Assembly (NCBI GenBank): GCA_040954595.2
Contig: CM082581.2
Location: 7,060,699 to 7,124,698 of the forward strand
From: Balanoglossus misakiensis
Taxonomy: Eukaryota > Animalia > Hemichordata
Direction: 5' to 3'
DNA: 64,000 nt
Shown: piece by piece, positions 62,983 to 64,000 of the stretch
Position numbering within the stretch: the stretch's first letter is position 1
How the letters are laid out: each line of letters opens with the position of its first letter
Notes under the pieces: generated by a model
Databases searched by the model: none
What the model saw: only the letters and a program-made list of their open reading frames with translations
What the model was told of the DNA's origin: nothing
Position numbers and translations under genes: made by a program

Positions 62983-64000
62983 AGAAACTAATTACAACAA
63001 AGGCCCCAACGCGACCGAATCATAGCCATGAAAGTCGTTGATCTATGACCACAGACAAAGAGAAATGTCGACCCCGGTGACACGAATGTGACGAAGTTGT
63101 CATGGTGACAGCGCCTGAAGATGACCACGATTGTTATTGCCTCGGGTTACAATACATGACTCGCGGTTTCATCATTTATGTAGAATAAAGATAGACGTCC
63201 ATATATTGTGTCAGGTGGAACAACCTTGTTAGAATATGGAAGGTGGAATGACCGTGTTTAGAAGTCAGACAGACAGTCAGTCAGTCATTGAATCAGTCAC
63301 GGAAGAAAGAAAGAAAAAAAAGAAAGAAAGAATAAAAACAAGCCAGCAAACCTTTTTGAAAGAAATTAACACAATAAACCAAACACTTATTTCAATAACA
63401 CCACCTCCACGGGTTTTCGTGTATTGACGTGGAAGGTGACCCTGGTCCCACCCATTGAGTGTCACGGCATCATGGGTGTATGACAACCCGCCATGGTCGA
63501 CAAGGATATACGGCTAACTATTATGACAAGAAGGACAATATTTGGTATTGTTCAGAAAACAGCGACAACAATCCATTAACCGTGGTCATTACGTGCGTTT
63601 CCACAAACGTCTGCCAGCTTTTCGGCCCCAATATCCCTCCCTAAGAAGTGAAAGTAGTGACCTATGCGCGTTTTAGCTTGAACAGTTTAAGCTACAGACA
63701 AAGATGAGTTTTTCTCATTGTGCTTGGCCTGGTCAATAAGTGGTATCGTGAATGAAATGGGAAAAGGGACCGAGAGAAGCACTTTTTATTGTGTTTTCAC
63801 TGCGTCTAATACCCCTAAGTCCTTTTATACAGTGAGCATTTGGAGACGATTGTATGGAAACGTTCACCTTTTTCCCCCAGGTGGCACTATTTAATGCAAA
63901 TCCACGCTTCTTTCAATGAGTCAAGTTCAAATCCAATCGCGGTCAGCCTTTTGTGTTTAAGTTGTTACGTAAGTAATTCGAAATCGCTAACTTTCAAAAG

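Noticed and set aside
1-64000. Prokaryotic-type systems (CRISPR arrays, operons, defence islands), tRNA/rRNA genes, or autonomous transposons
   Set aside because: The sequence is intron-containing animal DNA. I saw no regularly spaced repeats, structural RNA signatures, or long transposase/RT ORFs.

Overview
This is eukaryotic (metazoan) genomic DNA with GT-AG introns, most likely from an invertebrate deuterostome such as a hemichordate, echinoderm or amphioxus (inferred, not proven). Most short ORFs in the six-frame track are spurious. By splicing exons manually with phase checks I rebuilt six complete genes: a KIAA1191/p33MONOX-like gene (-), an ARL9/ARL10-type GTPase (+), HIGD2A (-), NOP16 (+), a 10-exon THEG/SPMAP2-like gene (-) and a 3-exon secreted FGF (+). 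There is also a terminal exon of an unidentified minus-strand gene near 62 kb and an orphan plus-strand exon near 60 kb. Highlights: (1) the block appears to unite neighbours that are split between human 5q35 (KIAA1191, ARL10, NOP16, HIGD2A), 4q12 (ARL9, THEGL) and 19p13.3 (THEG, FGF22); (2) the FGF is unusual, with a proteoglycan-like Ser-Gly site in a putative pro-segment before an RxxR site, loss of the near-invariant core Cys, and a shortened heparin-binding loop; (3) the THEG-like gene carries many RFX X-boxes, one overlapping its start codon, and long 5' introns facing the FGF promoter. No CRISPR, rRNA, tRNA or autonomous transposon was seen. Gene identities come from recalled family motifs, not database searches.
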